From positions 1-27,646 of the IMG/VR virus record IMGVR_UViG_3300032235_000562: a stretch of 27,646 bases of DNA; one strand, 5' to 3'. Source of the DNA: a virus. Lineage: Duplodnaviria; Caudoviricetes. Under the pieces are notes generated by a model. The model worked only from the letters and a program-made list of their open reading frames with translations. It did not search any database and was not told where the DNA came from. Each line of letters opens with the position of its first letter. The first letter of the stretch is position 1. The translations under genes were made by a program, and so were the position numbers. This document shows, one piece after another, positions 26,242 to 27,646 of the stretch.

Positions 26242-26622
26242 ATGGCACAACAACCTTTAAATAGTTATAGAACTATAACTGGCATTGTAAGTACATCTAA
26301 TTATGAAATTTATAGAACTAAAACTGGTTATACTAGTATTGTTCTATATGGTCAAGTATCTAATACTGGGGCAGGAGTTGGAACTGTAACTTTTTACCAT
26401 CAAAGAGAAAATAGAAGTCAAAGTGGAATCACAACAGAGCAAACTGAATTAATTTTTGGTGCATTAGTTCCTCCAAATGATGCTTTAATTCTTTTGGACG
26501 GAAGATTAGTTTTAGAGAGAACTGCTCTAAGAACAGACAGTATTAAACTTGTAGGAATTTCTTCTACAACACCAAATCACCTAAAATATACTATCAGTAT
26601 TTTAGAAACTCTCAATCAATAA
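26242..26622 (+). CDS. small hypothetical virion-associated beta-rich protein
   Basis: 126-aa ORF between fibre genes (IY....GYTSIVL..QVSN...VPPND......GRLVLE). Confidence 0.7.
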   Translation: MAQQPLNSYRTITGIVSTSNYEIYRTKTGYTSIVLYGQVSNTGAGVGTVTFYHQRENRSQSGITTEQTELIFGALVPPNDALILLDGRLVLERTALRTDSIKLVGISSTTPNHLKYTISILETLNQ

Positions 26623-26658
26623 TAAATAATACTATCACGGGGGATAGTGGAACCCAAT
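26622..26658 (+). promoter_or_regulatory. late promoter plus conserved 20-nt leader element (copy 2)
   Basis: ATAAATA (26622-26628), then GGGGGATAGTGGAACCCAAT (26639-26658), ATG at 26660. Confidence 0.75.
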
Positions 26659-26659
26659 C

Positions 26660-27646
26660 ATGGCAAGATACCTAAGCAGAAGAACTGTAAGAACACCTCA
26701 ATCTAGATTGACTCCAGATAGATATAGATATCTTGGACTCAATCAGGCAGAACCTAACTTAGGTGATCCCCCTGGGGATTCTTTGCCTATTGGGCAACAA
26801 TATATGATGGTCAGTTTGCCAGAATATCCTGGTGAAAGATATTGGGTAGCAGTTCCTCCAGGATTAGTTGAACTCGGAATAACTGTTCGAGATGAAGGAA
26901 ATATTATTGGTGGTAATGCTGGTATTGGGTCAATTACCCAATTAAATTTCGTTGGTCCTGGAGTCTCAGTCACTGGAATTATAACCAACGGACTAGGAAT
27001 TGCTACAATTACTGTTTCAACTGCAACAATTGTAACTGAACCTACAGATTCCATTCCAAGATATCTTGGATTTACAAGCATTAGATCAGGAACGGCAACT
27101 ACTACATTTGATATTGCTCCACAATCTTTAGTTTATATTCCAAGTAGTGGCAATCTTGGTTTAGGATCTACTCAACCACAATATTCAGTTGATATTGGAT
27201 CGACAATTAGATTTGGTGCAGATGTAGCAGATAAGTCTGGAAGTATAGGTCCATCAAATACCTATTTAAAATCACTTGGACCTGGACTTGGTGTTACTTG
27301 GGCAACATCTACTGGTGCTCAAGGTATTCAAGGTCTTCAAGGAATTCAAGGAAGACAGGGAATTCAAGGTATTCAGGGAATAGGAAATACTGGACCTCAA
27401 GGTATTCAAGGGACTACAGGTTCCCAAGGAACTCAAGGAATTCAAGGAATAATTGGTTTTCAAGGTGTTCAAGGTATTCAGGGAATAGGAAATACGGGTG
27501 CCCAAGGTATTCAGGGACTAACTGGATCTCAAGGTATTCAAGGAATAGGAAATACAGGTCCTCAAGGAATTCAGGGCATTCAAGGAAGACAGGGAATTCA
27601 AGGTATTCAGGGAATAGGAAGTAGTGGTTCTCAAGGTATTCAAGGA
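26660..27646 (+). CDS. collagen-like tail-fibre protein (3'-truncated; absent from the ORF track)
   Basis: Open for 329 codons to the window end: MARYLSRRTVRTPQSRLTPDRYRYLGLNQAEPNLGDP...ITVRDEG...TQLNFVG...NLGLGSTQP..., then G-X-Q repeats. Confidence 0.88.
   Translation, partial: MARYLSRRTVRTPQSRLTPDRYRYLGLNQAEPNLGDPPGDSLPIGQQYMMVSLPEYPGERYWVAVPPGLVELGITVRDEGNIIGGNAGIGSITQLNFVGPGVSVTGIITNGLGIATITVSTATIVTEPTDSIPRYLGFTSIRSGTATTTFDIAPQSLVYIPSSGNLGLGSTQPQYSVDIGSTIRFGADVADKSGSIGPSNTYLKSLGPGLGVTWATSTGAQGIQGLQGIQGRQGIQGIQGIGNTGPQGIQGTTGSQGTQGIQGIIGFQGVQGIQGIGNTGAQGIQGLTGSQGIQGIGNTGPQGIQGIQGRQGIQGIQGIGSSGSQGIQG
27314..27646 (+). repeat. collagen-like Gly-X-Gln coding repeat (9-bp unit)
   Basis: GAQGIQGLQGIQGRQGIQGIQ-GI-GNTGPQ...; 111 codons visible. 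Confidence 0.95.

Noticed and set aside
27272-27624. Arg/Ser/Asn-rich +frame ORF (27298-27624) and minus ORF (27272-27505)
   Set aside because: Alternative frames of the collagen repeat; the real frame starts at 26660 and is open to the window end.

Overview
AT-rich segment of a T4-like (Kyanoviridae-type) cyanomyophage genome. It opens with the end of the replication/late-transcription block (partial gp33, gp59, a small conserved ORF, gp32). A minus-strand late operon follows (gp4, gp2, gp48, gp53), then a plus-strand baseplate/tail block: gp54-like, gp26, gp51, two paralogous tape-measure-like proteins (one with a lytic transglycosylase, one with an M15-type peptidase), a gp27-like hub, a lysozyme-less gp5, a gp5-C-like ORF and an S74-chaperone ORF. 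After a small ORF missed by the ORF track and one minus-strand ORF come large fibre-like genes: 1705 aa with a tail-collar end, 1466 aa with 19 x 45-bp repeats, 126 aa, and a collagen-like ORF running off the window. The most notable non-coding signals are a perfect 14-bp inverted repeat with the gp32 -10 box in its loop followed by four phased TAATCC repeats, an identical 20-nt leader in front of two different fibre genes, and a palindrome plus extended -10 promoter hidden in the S74 gene. All product calls come from motif recognition and synteny; no database search was run.
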